A stretch of 64,000 nucleotides of DNA from Ostrea edulis (lineage: Eukaryota). Below, piece after piece: positions 1 to 12,800 of the stretch (position 1 is its first letter; each line of letters starts with the position of its first letter). Location: positions 52,762,001 through 52,826,000 of the forward strand of contig NC_079169.1 in assembly GCF_947568905.1 (NCBI RefSeq). Direction: 5' to 3'. The notes beneath the pieces are model-generated. The model worked only from the letters and a program-made list of their open reading frames with translations, was not told where the DNA came from and did not search any database. The position numbers and the translations under genes are program-made.

Positions 1-264
1 ACAGAACTGATGATATGTTTTTCTTTATATTTTTCACATTCTTGGCTATTTGCCTTTCTCTTGGATTTTTTAAATTTATTTTTGTTTGATGTACGTACAG
101 TTTACATTCTGTACATCATGTACATAGACACTTGAATAAAGATTATAATTAACTATTTCTCAATAACCATTCATAATCTGAGTAAATAACATAAACTTAA
201 GTGAATAGTTTATTAAGGAAATAGTTTATTATTTTTTATTCAAGTGCTTATACTCTATAAAATT

Positions 265-715
265 CGTGGAGTATGATCCGACTTTCTGGATCACCACACT
301 GGTTTTCTGAATCCATATCATGTCTCTCTGAAGCTGATGATGTCACAATGCATCAATACAACTTTTGGGGGGGGGGGGGGGGTTTGTGGGAAATATATCG
401 ACCGTGTGACAAACAAAACTGCATTCACAAAAAATAATTTCACTCTATGTTTGTGGTTTTGATAATATGGAATACATTTATCATCTTATAAACATGGATT
501 TAAAAATAAATAAGGAGACATTACTATGTGGTGACTTTATCAATTGCTACATTAACTTGATCCTAAGAGTTTGATCAGGTCTATAGTTGATAGGCTCGGC
601 GGATCATCGATCAGATCATATTTGACGCTTCATGTCGCATTTCATCTTATGATCTGTGGCTGTCAACTCATGTGATCCGACTTCAGATCAAATGACTGCA
701 GTAATCGGTAATAAA
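265..715 (+). repeat. Dispersed repeat with a terminal hairpin; second copy at about 17612-18012
   Basis: Colinear similarity between the two sites; the second copy has a 19-bp perfect stem AGGCACGGATCATCAGATC. Confidence 0.6.
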
Positions 716-1448
716 TGATATATTTATGTATCCTTGTGTATGGACCCTATCACTGAGGTAGTGGCTCCAAGAAAATTTGGATTTGGTTTTATAAGAAAAT
801 TATATTCATGAGTAATCATTGGGCTAAATTGTGTTTTTCAATATTACTGATTCCAGTTCAAATTATTCCATGATTGAAGTGAGGTAATGATCCTATAATC
901 AGAATCAATAATAAAGGGAGAACGTGTATCAAGCATGTCAGAAATATTAACTAATATTGACAACAAAATTGTCATACTTTGTGTTTGATTTGGAACAGTA
1001 AATTTTTCTAATGTCTGGTAAACAACCCATATTCACAACCTCGGATTGCTAGAGCTCAAAAAGGTTTGTTGGTAAAAACTGCCGGGTTTAATTAGTGGTT
1101 CATATAGGGATCAAGGTGCCCCTCTTTTGAAATTGATACATTCATATGATATTCTAAAGTCACCCATTGGTCACTTTGTCTCCAAATACCATGCGCTGAA
1201 AACTCACCATTTTACTGCTATACAAATAAAACCAATTTTAAAAGTTTTTCTGCCCCCTGAAGCCCCAACGGGAATTGTGACTTTGTCACTCTTATTGTAC
1301 CATAATTATTGTTACTCATTTCATCCTTGATCGGATCATTCCCCCTTTTAAAAAATCCAGGATCTGCCACTATTGATATTTTTTGTTTGGATTATGGATA
1401 GATTTGTAATGATTGTTTATTTCTTCAGTTTATACAGGCGAATCATTC

Positions 1449-2979
1449 ATGTGTGACAATCAGCCTGCCACTAAGAAACCCCGAACAGGTACCATGAAGA
1501 TAGGAACCCACAACGGCCACTTCCACTGTGACGAGATCCTGGCCTGTTTCATGCTGCGGCAGCTTCCGAAATACGCAGATGCTGAAATAGTCAGGTATCA
1601 ATATATAACATTCCGCAGATTAGATGGTATTGAGCATAAAAAATCTAATGAAATGTAATTCATTTCCATCACTTATACATATATATCTAAATATGAAATA
1701 GCTGGACATTAACCATGGTGAGTATTTGCGGACAAGGATACAGAATGTACGTAGATATTTCATGTTCTTTGATAAGGGCTTCCTCATTCAGTAATTTAGG
1801 GCCCAGGTCAGCCAGAGCCATTGGGAGTGGGAAAAGTAATGAAATGCTCATGACAGAGAATCGATATTAATTACTGGTTAAATGTCTCACACATCCGTTT
1901 CATGGGAAATGTGGCCCTAACAAGAGTGGGACTCTTTTCATATTAAGAATGGGGTCCTCTAGATATTAAGAATATGGCCTATCCACTTTACGTAATCACA
2001 AGCCCTATATTTGCTAGTGCAATCAATATAAAAACATCTGGAGAGGTATTGTATTGCTGTTCTCCTTTTTTTGACATAGAACACGTGATCCTGCTGTCAT
2101 TGACACATGTGACATTGTGGTGGATGTGGGAGGAGTTTATGACCCTGCTAAAAATAGATTTGACCATCATCAGAGGTAAGAGCTGTTTACCGTTCAGATG
2201 TAAATCAAACATAGGATATTACATGGATATGTAGTAGTTAGGGCTATACAGACTGTGGCTATCAGCCCGGATAGCTCAGTGGTTAGAGCATCTGACTAGT
2301 AATGCAGGGTTACTGAGTTTGATTCCCGGTCCAGCCCTAAAAGTTCCTCCTTTCCTATACTGTAGAATCATTTAAATTCGTGGGAGCCAATTTTCGTGGA
2401 TTGCTGAATTTTTACGGGTTCGTTGGGAGGTAATTTCATGGATTAATATATTTGTAAGAAAGATAACTATGGAATATCTTTATTCGTTGAGGATGTAAAT
2501 TCGTGGGTGAGGGGTACCCACGAATTCCATGAAAATTGAGCCACCACGAATTCTAATGATTCCACAGTATATTACATTTTGTCGCTTCTGGCAGGACAAC
2601 CTAGATTTCCTCCTTTCCTATATATTACATACTACAGGTATCCCTGTCCTCTGTATTGAAGCAGTATACAGTCATTGTATGGATTTAAGTTGTTTTTGGT
2701 TTTTTTACAATTCTTTAAATGTAACTTAAGAAGATTCTCAAAATCCTACCAGAATTAGGTCAACTGTGACAGCTTTCAAGGGGCGTAGACACGGTTTTTG
2801 ATCAATTTATTTCAGAAATTGACAAGGTTTTTTGTTTGTTTTAAAAATAAAGATCTTTTATAAAAAGTGGATTAAAAGCATTTTTACACAGGATATACTT
2901 TGCATTTACATAAAATTTAGCTCTCAAAATTGTGTTTGTCAACACACTTGTCATAGCCAGGTGATGTCATGAAAACAGT

Positions 2980-3017
<38 letters not shown>

Positions 3018-6000
3018 ACATGTGGCTGCATATACATATTTCATAGTGATCGTTTTTTTTGATGACTCGAAAAAATCTTATTAAATAAGTATTCACATAT
3101 ATACAGTGACACGCTTATAACAATCACTTTTATAACAAACACGCTTTATATAGAGAATTAAATACTTATAACAAACATGCTTATAACGAATTCATGCTTA
3201 TATTGAATTCATGCTTATAACGCATTCATGCTTATATTGAATTCATGCTTATAACGCATTCATGCTTATAACGCATTCATGCTTATTGCAAAGTGATATT
3301 TATTCCTCTTTGAGAGGAATATACCAAACATTTTATTGGATACATATGTAATGTAGTTCGGTTATAATGAACTGTTTTTGGCTGGCCTTGGAGGTTTGCT
3401 ATAACTGCATGTGTTTTACTGTATAATGAAGTTTGGTTGTAATGAACTGTTTTTGGCTGGCCGTGGAGGTTCACTATAATTGTTTTACTGTACAATGACG
3501 TTTGGTTATAGTGAACTGTTTTTGGCTGGCCCTGGAGGTTCACTATAACTGTGTTTCACTGTAGTTACTAATCCTTGACCAGTTTTATTAGCCTAGTGGT
3601 TAGGGTGCTTGATTTACAACCAGGAGATCTCAAGTACGATTTCTCAAACCCTGTACCAACTTAAGATCGATTTTAACATAGGTAGTGATTATCCTTCCTC
3701 AAATGCCCAGCGGTAGAAATGAAAGTCGCAGATCTTTCGGATATGACCTTAGAAATGAAGGTAGGCATTGGCACAATTAAAAACTAATCGTCACTATCTA
3801 TGGGTGAAAATTTGTGACAGTTCGCTTATTCTGTACATTTCTATAAAATTTCTAGCTCAGTAAGAGAAGAAGGGGTTTTTGAGTTTGCTATAAGAATTAA
3901 TACATTTTATAAACCCTTCCTTTCATTAAAACTTTCCACACCTTTCTCAATGATTACAGTGCAATGGTCTAGTAATTTTTGCACAGAAAATAATAACTAA
4001 TAAAAAGGTTTCATTAGTCCCCCATATCAGGCAGATAAAGGACATCTAAGTTGTACTCTTCCCCGCTTTGAATTTTTTTTTTTCTGAATGCAACCCAACA
4101 GTAGTGGAACTGGGATACCACACAAGAAGGCCAGTTCAAAACTTAACTCTAAAGATGCTGAAAATTGAAAAGTTAATATCATATACTGGTAGCACATTTT
4201 GTACAAGAATTTATGGAGTTACATCCCTTCTCCTATGGCTCCTTCCTTTATAAAATTTAAGCTATGAATAAATGAAATTCCTCAACACCTGGACAAGGTA
4301 ACTCTTTTTTTTTTCTTTTTTAGAGATTAATAATATTCTTTTCAAGATGCAATCATTAACATCAGAATGATTTCTTTGAAAATTATTTTTAGGTGAGGTA
4401 TAATTTTTTGATAAACTGACAAGACTTTTGTGATAACATTTCAGGACTTTCAATGAGTCGATGAGTACTGTGAATTCCTCCAAGAAGTGGACGATCAAGC
4501 TCAGTAGTGCCGGCCTGGTGTACTGTCACTTTGGTGCAGAGATTGTGGCCAGCATTCTCGAGCTTCCTGTTGAGGACCCAGTCGTAGACATTGTTTATGA
4601 CAAAGTGTATGAAAACTTTGTGGAGGAAATTGATGCCATTGACAATGGAATCAACCAGTATGATGGGGTTGCAAGGTATGGACTCTCTTGTGTGTTACAG
4701 TTTACAAGATGTCCCGCTAAATAAAAAATAAATCAAGTTTTGCAGATCAAGTGCATATTGCAGCATCTATGTATTTTTAGTAAAAGCTCAGTTAAATATT
4801 TCTTTAATGTTGTAAACGTAATTAGTATTATTGTTTGACTTTTAGTTCATCACTTGTTATCTTTTACTTGTAGTTGCTGTATATCACTTTTCATACGTTA
4901 CTTTCACTCTATTACTTTTCATGTGTTACTTTCACTATTACTTTCCTTGTTACTTTCACTCTATTACTTTTCATGTTTTACTTTCACTTTATTACTTTTC
5001 ATGTGTTACTTTCACTTTATTACTTTTCATGTGTTACTTTTACTTTATTACTTTCACTCTATAACTGTAAACATTTCATGTTACTTTCACTCTATTGCTT
5101 TACATATGTTACTTTCACTCTATTGCTTTACATGTGTTACTTTCACTCTTTTACTCTTCCGTGGCCGATTGGTTAGAGCATCGTGCTCAAAATTACACAG
5201 CCTTTCACCTCTGTGGGCGTGGGTTCAAATCCCGCTCGTGCCGGTTAGTGAGAAAGTTTTCCAGTTTATTTTCGGAAGGTCGGTGGTCTCTTACCAGGTA
5301 CATTGTATCTGGGTTCTCTCTTCCACCAATAAAAACTGGACGCCACCATATAACTGAAAAATTGTTGAGTGTGGCGAAAAACATAAATCAATCTTTTACT
5401 CTTTATATTCATTTAATTCTATTTTCCATTACTTCTCTCCTTGTCACAGGTATCAAATATCCACAAACCTGAGCAGCAGGGTCAGTCACTTTAATCCTCT
5501 GTGGAATGAACCAAATGCTGATGAAATGGTATGTGGAATCAGCAAAACTTTCAGAGAGAAATCATGGAAAAGAAACATCACTGTCATTTCTGATTTTACT
5601 GAATGCTTTTAGGCTGGTTTTCTGAAGGCCATGAAGATGGTGGGGGATGAATTTATGGACAAAGTGTTATATTACAAGAAATCATGGTTACCAGCCAGAG
5701 AATTAGTGGAGGAGGCTGTTAAAGGCAGGATGGAGGCAAGTCCTGATTATCAGGTTGATAGTTGATAGAGTAGGCTCAGAGGTCAAAGGCAGGGTAGGGG
5801 TACATGTAAATGCAGGTTGCCAGCCAGAGAATTAGTGGAGGAGGCTGTTGAAGGCAGGATGGAGGTAAGTGGTGGTTACCAGCCAAAGAACTAGTGATGG
5901 AGGCTAGCCTCAAAAGACAGGATGGAGGCAAGTCCTGGTAACTGGCCAGGATGTTGGTCTAAGAGGCTGTCAGAGTGGTAGTTACTAGCCAGAAGTAATC

Positions 6001-8509
6001 CGAGATTCCTCTGACTCTTAACCCCGCTTTTATTTTTGTGACTTCTGCGGGGGAGAGTCAGAGCGGACTCCATATTGAAAAGTGGGAATTCAGCGACACC
6101 AACTGGTGTCGCTGCTTTACTTACCTCTTACAACTTTATTTCGCGGACCCATCTTCCAAGACGCGAGGATTCAGTTATCGGAAGATTATTCTACAAATAC
6201 ATTATGATTAATACGATGCTATCACCGTTTAAACGGCCCTAATACCGACAAATGGAGCATCACTTGAATTAGGTCGCTGCCTCGCCATTTGATTTCTTTG
6301 CGCATGACGTCAGCACATGTAAACACAAAATTCCATCGTTTAAACGGCAATAGCATCGTATTAATCATGATGTATTTGTAGAATAATCTTCCGATAACTG
6401 AATCCTCGCGTCTTGGAAGATGGGTCCGCGAAATAAAGTTGTAAGAGGTAGGTAAAGCAGCGACACCAGCTGGTGTCGCTGAATTCCCACTTTTCAATAT
6501 GGAGTCCGCTCTGACTCTCCCCCGCACATGTCAAATATAAAAGCGGGGGTAAGAGTCAGAGGAATCTCGGATTAGCCAGAAGATGGTGGCAAGTCCTAGT
6601 TAACAGCCAAAGAGTTGATGACATACAGGATAGGGGTAAGCAACAATGTTTTAATTCGTATAAATGCATATTCTTGTCTGGTGTTTTATATTAGGGCTGT
6701 TCCAGAAATGATCAAATGGGGGGGTCGGGCGGCAAATGATATTTTTTTGTGTGGGTGGTCGTATTTTTTCATATTTTAATTGGTCCGTGGTGGGATTGTT
6801 AATAAAATATTTATTATGGGTAGTGGGTAGTTTCTATTGTTTTATTTTGTGCTACGTGGGTGTTGAGTTTTCAGAATATTTTTATTGTCGCTCTTGTCGT
6901 GTTGGTTACAAAACGTCGGAGGGAAATTGAAAACGTGCTTTCGAAATGCTGCTTTCGAAATCGAAAGTAACATAGAACTATTCGAGTTGTCGCTCTTTGC
7001 AGCGCATAACTTTCCATTACGGCACTCTTCAAATTAGAGGCGCGTTTAATAGGGTCCCTTTGGACGTGATGGCGGCGAACTCTGTTCTGTAGATTATTAC
7101 AGTTTACAGTGCATCGATTTTGGGAATATTTTGAAACCAATAGGTATTCCGTTTTCTAATAAAAATAGGCAAACCTTAGTTGATTTATACGAGGGTACCG
7201 ATGCATTATATTTATCAGTCGGTGTGATGGTCAATGTCGCACAAGCATTACCGCGTCATTGACTAGAATGTTTGTCCCGAAAACCTCGCGAGATTTGTAC
7301 CGTTTTCATTTTTAAAAATATTTTTGTGGTGGGTCTGGTTAGTTTTTTTTTTTTATTAGATGGGTCATTGTAAAATGAGTTTATTAATTTGATGGGTCAT
7401 GGGGTAATTTTTTATTTTTTTTTATGGGTGCTTGGTATATACAAAAGGTGCCTCCCGACCCCCCCATGTATTTATTTCTGGAATAGCCCTTACTTTTTTA
7501 TAATACTTATTAAATAAGTCGCTATTTCCTCCCATGACAGGGTAAAATCATTCATTTTTCCAAATCTATGTGTACTGCAAAATGAGAAAATCTGTCCAGT
7601 TTTTGAAACCGGAAATGAAGTTGGATGTATAAATATTTACGATTATAGAAGGAGATAGTACATGTATTCATATTCATGACTTTTAATCTTATTTACAGTG
7701 GCACAATTACAACTGTTCCTATTGAAAATACATAGTCTTTTATTACACACTGACAGGTGGATCCCAGTGGAGAGATTGCGGTTTTTAAGTCTGGGGGTTG
7801 TCCTTGGAAAGATCACCTGTTTAATTTGGAGGCAGAGCTAAACATCAATCCACCAATCAAATACGTCCTCTACACAGATAATAACAACAAATGGCGGGTA
7901 CAATGTGTACCAGAGGCAGTGGGCTCATTTTCAAACAGGTACATGAAATACTAATGTCCATTCTATTATGCAATATTTCATTATATGTTTATGTCTGTCA
8001 ACTGCTGCAATACATAAGAGCATGTTCTGCGTATGGTCAATTTTTAAATCAAGGCAAGCTACTGACAGATACATTGATGTTACAGGGTTTGAACAGTCTC
8101 GTTTGAAGTCAGTATTTTGCAAATTCGATGGTTGTTATAATGATCTTAGTTGAAAATACAAACTGTCATTAGATTGAATTCTGTCTAATGTGTTTCATAC
8201 CAATTGTTAGACATTGTTTCATACCAATTGTTAGGTGACCGCCGCGGTGGTCTAGAGGTAGAGCGTTCGCCCCGCATGCGGAAGGTCGGGGTTCAAATCC
8301 CGGCTGCGACAGACCTAAGTCGTTAAAACAGGTAGTGACAGTTCCATCACCAAACGCTCGGCATCAGGTGTGAATACCATGGGTCCTTGGAGATGACCTT
8401 AAAAACGGATGTCCTGTGTCACAGTAGGTGTGACACACTAAAGAAACTTCACTGCTCAATGGCTGTAAGCGCCAAGCATATGCCTAAATTTGAAGCCCCT
8501 CACCTGTCT

Positions 8510-8540
<31 letters not shown>

Positions 8541-9479
8541 TGAGAGGGATGTTAAACAAGATACAATCAACTAATTGTTAGGGTGTTCTTTACATACTGA
8601 TTTTGACTATGGATTGCTTCATTTACGTGATCAAGATAGAGCGGTGACAGCAAGTGTGACCAGTCAACAAGGGATGCTTATTCTTTGGCATCTGATCCCA
8701 CCTCTGGTCTACTCTTAATTTTGTATTCTGTATGGCTTTATGAAATTGATCACTGTTCATTATCTTCACTTTTTCATTAAGATGGTCAATGAAAGATGAA
8801 GATAAATCGGTGATCAATCTCATAACTCCTATAAGCAATACAAAATAAAGAGTTGGGCAAACACAGACCCCTGGACACACCAGAGGTTGGATCTGGATCA
8901 GGTGCCTAGGCGGAGTAAACATTCCCTGTCGACCGGTCACACCAACCATGAGCTCTACCTCTCAATCAGGTAAACGGAGCAACCCGTAGTCTAAATCTGC
9001 CTAATAATTGGTATGAAACACATCAGACTACATTTGACCAAATGATGGGTTGTATGATTCCCATTCAGAATCAAATGAAATTAACAAATATTTCAGCGTT
9101 GATGAAGCGTTTTGTGTTTAGATTGAATAACAAGCATAAAATTTTGATTTTGTATTACATGGTTTTAAGCAGTTGATCTCTTATAAATCATACACCAGTA
9201 ATACACATTGACTTCTTGATAATTAGATATGACCAGCTAACTAAAGGTATAACACTATATTTGATTTGAGGATAAAAATCTCCTACTGTGTTTGTGTTTT
9301 TCAGACTGTCCCTGCCAGAAGACTGGCGAGGTCTAAGGGACGATGTTCTCACGGAGAAGTCCGGGATTGCAGGCTGTATATTTATCCATGCGGGAGGGTT
9401 CATTGGTGGAAATCATACTTATGAAGGAGCCCTGGAAATGGCAAAGCAAAGTCTGAAGATGTCACAGAAAAATACTTAA
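1449..9479 (+). CDS. MYG1: MYG1 exonuclease (UPF0160), 7 coding exons, 343 aa from the first ATG seen
   Basis: Exons 1449-1594, 2080-2175, 4445-4675, 5450-5528, 5613-5735 (GC donor), 7757-7938 and 9305-9479 sum to 1032 nt with consistent phases. Hallmark motifs: [71 protein letters not shown]. An acceptor at 1428 implies a further upstream exon that was not located. Confidence 0.95.
2265..2338 (+). pseudogene. tRNA-Thr(AGT)-like sequence, probably a SINE head or tRNA pseudogene
   Basis: TAGCTCAGTGG A-box and CTAGTAA anticodon loop, but a TTTGA T-loop and a poorly paired acceptor stem. Confidence 0.5.
2360..2567. mobile_element. Tc1/mariner-type MITE
   Basis: TIR CTGT(A/G)GAATCATT with TA TSD. 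Confidence 0.7.
3104..3561. mobile_element. TA-flanked MITE with internal short tandem repeats (GCTTATAACGAATTCAT) and about 72-bp repeats
   Basis: CAGTGA...TCACTG ends with TA flanks; a related partial copy lies at about 27958-28035. Confidence 0.65.
4876..5155. repeat. About 28-bp minisatellite (TTACTTTCACTCTATTACTTTTCATGTG)
   Basis: About 10 imperfect copies. Confidence 0.9.
5158..5392 (+). mobile_element. tRNA-derived SINE
   Basis: TGGCCGATTGG A-box, GGTTCAAATCC B-box, conserved body, AATC tail. Confidence 0.75.
5996..6574. mobile_element. Foldback MITE, about 240-bp TIRs, 8-bp TSD (hAT-like)
   Basis: TAATCCGAG...CTCGGATTA flanked by GCCAGAAG at 5988-5995 and 6575-6582; the TSD could also be read as 9-10 bp. 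Lies in MYG1 intron 5. Confidence 0.85.
6694..7489. mobile_element. PIF/Harbinger-type MITE
   Basis: TIR GGGCT(G/A)TTCCAGAAAT with TTA TSD on both sides. Confidence 0.8.
7949..9055. mobile_element. Inverted pair of Penelope-like fragments (+ 7949-8772, - 8795-9055)
   Basis: [29 protein letters not shown]-terminus; tails face each other; lies in MYG1 intron 6. Confidence 0.75.
8235..8572 (+). mobile_element. tRNA-derived SINE inserted in a Penelope-like fragment
   Basis: A and B boxes (GGTCTAGAGG; GGTTCAAATCC), same central domain and tail as 17308, TSD AATTGTTAG. Confidence 0.85.
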
Positions 9480-9800
9480 AATTTCAAAGAGAACTACAAA
9501 CTGAAATGAAAATTGACAGCACAGATTGCAGTTACATTTTGTATATAAAATTAAGGTCATATCCATCGTCAGTTTGAATCTCATTAAGTGATATTGTGAA
9601 TAAAAAGCCTGATGTTGTGTTGATGTCAGGCAAAAATGCTTCATGTTTTTTCGGTTTTGTCATGTGTCTGGAGATGTGAATGTAGTTTGTCACAGTTAGC
9701 TTGTCCTATTCTGCAATATTCAGCTCTGAGTGTACAAATAAGAAAATAAAATACACAATGAAGAATTTAATCTACACAATCATAAAGGTTAACAATTGCA

Positions 9801-12800
9801 TTACTTCCTGAAGAAGTGACCCCAAGGATTGTAATTGTCAGGATGACCATCCCTTTGTCCAAAGTGTCCACTATCGCCATGCCCATGCTCTGAGTTATGA
9901 CCATGCCCGGTGTGTTCATGATAAGTATGATGACCATACCCATATCCTCCATGGTCAAATATATGATGACCAAACTCTACATGAAGGGGGATGTTTTTGT
10001 GATGTGGTCCGTATCCTTGCTCGTAATTATAGACACACTTCACGGGACATTTGACGCCTTTGAACTCCTGATATTTGTACGTAACATGACAGTGCTGTGG
10101 ATGCTTGCACTTGGGTTTGGGAGGACACTTGCATTTGATTCTGCAGGATAACGCACAGTGGAGACCATTAATGGTTTTGTGCATGAGAACTTTCTGGCAG
10201 ATTCCAGGGTATCCCTTGTAAATGGGGATTTTCGGACATTTTGGCAATTTTGGACAGTTGCATTTGACCTTACAGTTAATGGGACAGATACGACCATTTA
10301 TGTTCTTAAAGACAAAATTGTATTGACACAAACTTTTGTACCCAGGAGTTTTTGGTAAGTCCGGACATTTTGGTAAAGTGGGACAGAAGCATCCAATATT
10401 GCACTTTACAGGGCATCTGATGCCGTGTATATATTTATAGTGGTAGTCATAGGTACAGATATTCTTATACTTGGGGTAGGTTTTCATGGGTGGACATTTT
10501 GGTTTGGGGGGACAATGGCAAATCCTGTCGCACTTGTAAGCACAATTCCTACCCCCGATGGTTTTATACCTATATACATATTTACACAAGCGCCTGTTGG
10601 CCTTTCCAATTTTAGGGCATTTTGGGAATGGCGGGCAAGTGCATTTTACATCACATTTGACTGCACACTCTTTGTCGTGAATCTTTTTATATGTATATTT
10701 ATATCGACAGAAGTCTTCAAGACCTTTATACTTTTGAAGTGAGGGGCATTTGGGGAAATTTGGACATCCGCATTCAGCTTCGCATTTAATGGGACAGAGG
10801 ACCCCTTGGATATTCTGGTATTCGTACTTAGGACTGCAAGTCTCTTTGTTTTGCTCCAATATTTTTGGACATGTAGGAGCAGGAGGACAGTAACAGTCTA
10901 CATTGCATCTTACAGGACAAAGTTGACCGTACACCTTCGCGAAAACATAGGTAGGGTGACATTGCTTTGCGATTGTGGAATTTGTAGGGAGTGGTGGACA
11001 TTTTGGAACAGGTGGACAGCGGCATGTGACGTTACAGCTCACTGCACAGGTCAGACCATTGATCTTTTCGTACTTGTAGACGGGTTGACACAATCCCTGA
11101 CCGAGTGGCGGACATCGTGGCATGGGAGGACAGCTACAGGTCGTGGAACACTTAACGGGGCACTTCTTCTTCCCAATCATCTTGTAGGTAATCTGGTTTA
11201 CACACAGATTCCCGTACTTTGGATTCTGCTTAATGACGGGACATTTGGGATGTTTTGGACACAAACATATCAGTTTATACCTTACAGCACAAAGCAGGTG
11301 ATTGATGTTGTCATATATATATCTGAGATGACAATTTTTGGGAATTACTTTTGGAAGTTTGGGTAAAGGTGGACAGTGGCAATCGATGGAACAATTGACT
11401 GCACATCGTTTTTTGTTAAACGCTTTGTATTGAACGTTGTGACGGCATAAATTCTTGTAGACTTTATGTTCTGGAAGTGGTGGACACTTCGGAAGTGGCG
11501 GACAACGACATTCCAATACACACTTAATGGGACAACTGAGACCTTGGTCTGGCTTGGAAAAGACGTACCTTGTTCTGCACAGGTGGTTTGAGTCCTCTTC
11601 GATTTGGGGACACTTGGGGAAAGGATTACAGCGACAAGTATTTGTACAGTTAACAGCGCACGTCAGACCATTGATTTCCTGATAACTATAGACCGGGGAA
11701 CAGACACCATATTTAGGTTTCTTTAATGGAGGACAATTGGGAAGTGGGGGACATTGACATTTAATAGTGCATTTCACTGGGCAAGGGATTCCGTTTATTT
11801 TTGTACTTATAAAGATTCTTTGACAAAATTTCTTATATTTTCCATATTTAGTTAAAGATGGGCATTTCGGAATAGGTGGGCATTCGCATTTGTTTTCACA
11901 TTTAACGGGGCACTTGTTTCCTTGTATTGTTTTGTAAGTATAATTAGGTTTACAGAATTTGGCGTATCGACCCTCGACTGGTTTGCATATTGGGGCTGGG
12001 GGACATCTACAGACCAACTGACATTTTATGGCACAAGTTTTGCCCTGAATTTCTTTATACGTGTACAGAGGTTTACAAAGTTTGGCCTTCTCTGGTTTCT
12101 GGGGTGGGCATTTTGGAAGTGGCGGGCACCTACATCTCAGCCGACACCTTACAGGGCATCTTAAACCATCGATGTGCGTATACGCATAAACGGGAGAGCA
12201 CAGGTTTTCTTCCCCTTTGGGCGACTTTGGACATTTAGGAGCAGGAGAGCAGCCACATTGAATTTTACATTTGACAGGACATCGTATACCGAACCTCTTC
12301 TGGTATTCATACACAGGACGACATAACCTTTCTTTTGAAATAGGAGGGCATTGCGGCGGTGGGGGACAAAAGCATTTAGAAGTACATTTGACCGGACACT
12401 TTTTGCCATTGATCTTCTTGTATTGGTAAGTTCTCTGACAGTGTCGTCCCTTGTGTTTAGTTATACATGAGGGGCGTGGTGGACAAACACATACCGTTTT
12501 ACATTTGATAGCGCAATTCTTCTTATTTATCTTTTTGTAGATGTATTTTTCGTAACACAGCTGACCGAATCCTTTCGTTTGCGGCGGTGTGGTACACTTC
12601 GGAAGTGGGGGACAGTGGCAGTCCAACACACATTTGACCGGGCACCGGTGACCTTTGATCGTGGTGTAGATATACCGTGGATGACACAACTTCCCGTGCG
12701 CTCCACTTGCAACCGGACATTTTGGAACAGGAGGAAAGGAGCACCTGTACTTACAGCGGACAGGACAAAGTTTTGCACCGACCTTCGTGAAGTGGTAGGA

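Noticed and set aside
1413-1448. TTG-initiated N-terminal extension of MYG1 and other TTG/GTG starts in the ORF track
   Set aside because: Artefact of alternative-start ORF calling; the region contains the intron acceptor at 1428.
2265-2338. Functional tRNA-Thr gene
   Set aside because: T-loop and acceptor stem are degenerate; more likely a SINE head or pseudogene.
4854-5472. Hydrophobic ORFs of 100-167 aa
   Set aside because: Translations of the 28-bp minisatellite and the adjacent SINE inside MYG1 intron 3.
6222-6527. 101-aa ORF and its 60-aa mirror at 5891-6073
   Set aside because: Both lie in the foldback MITE arms.
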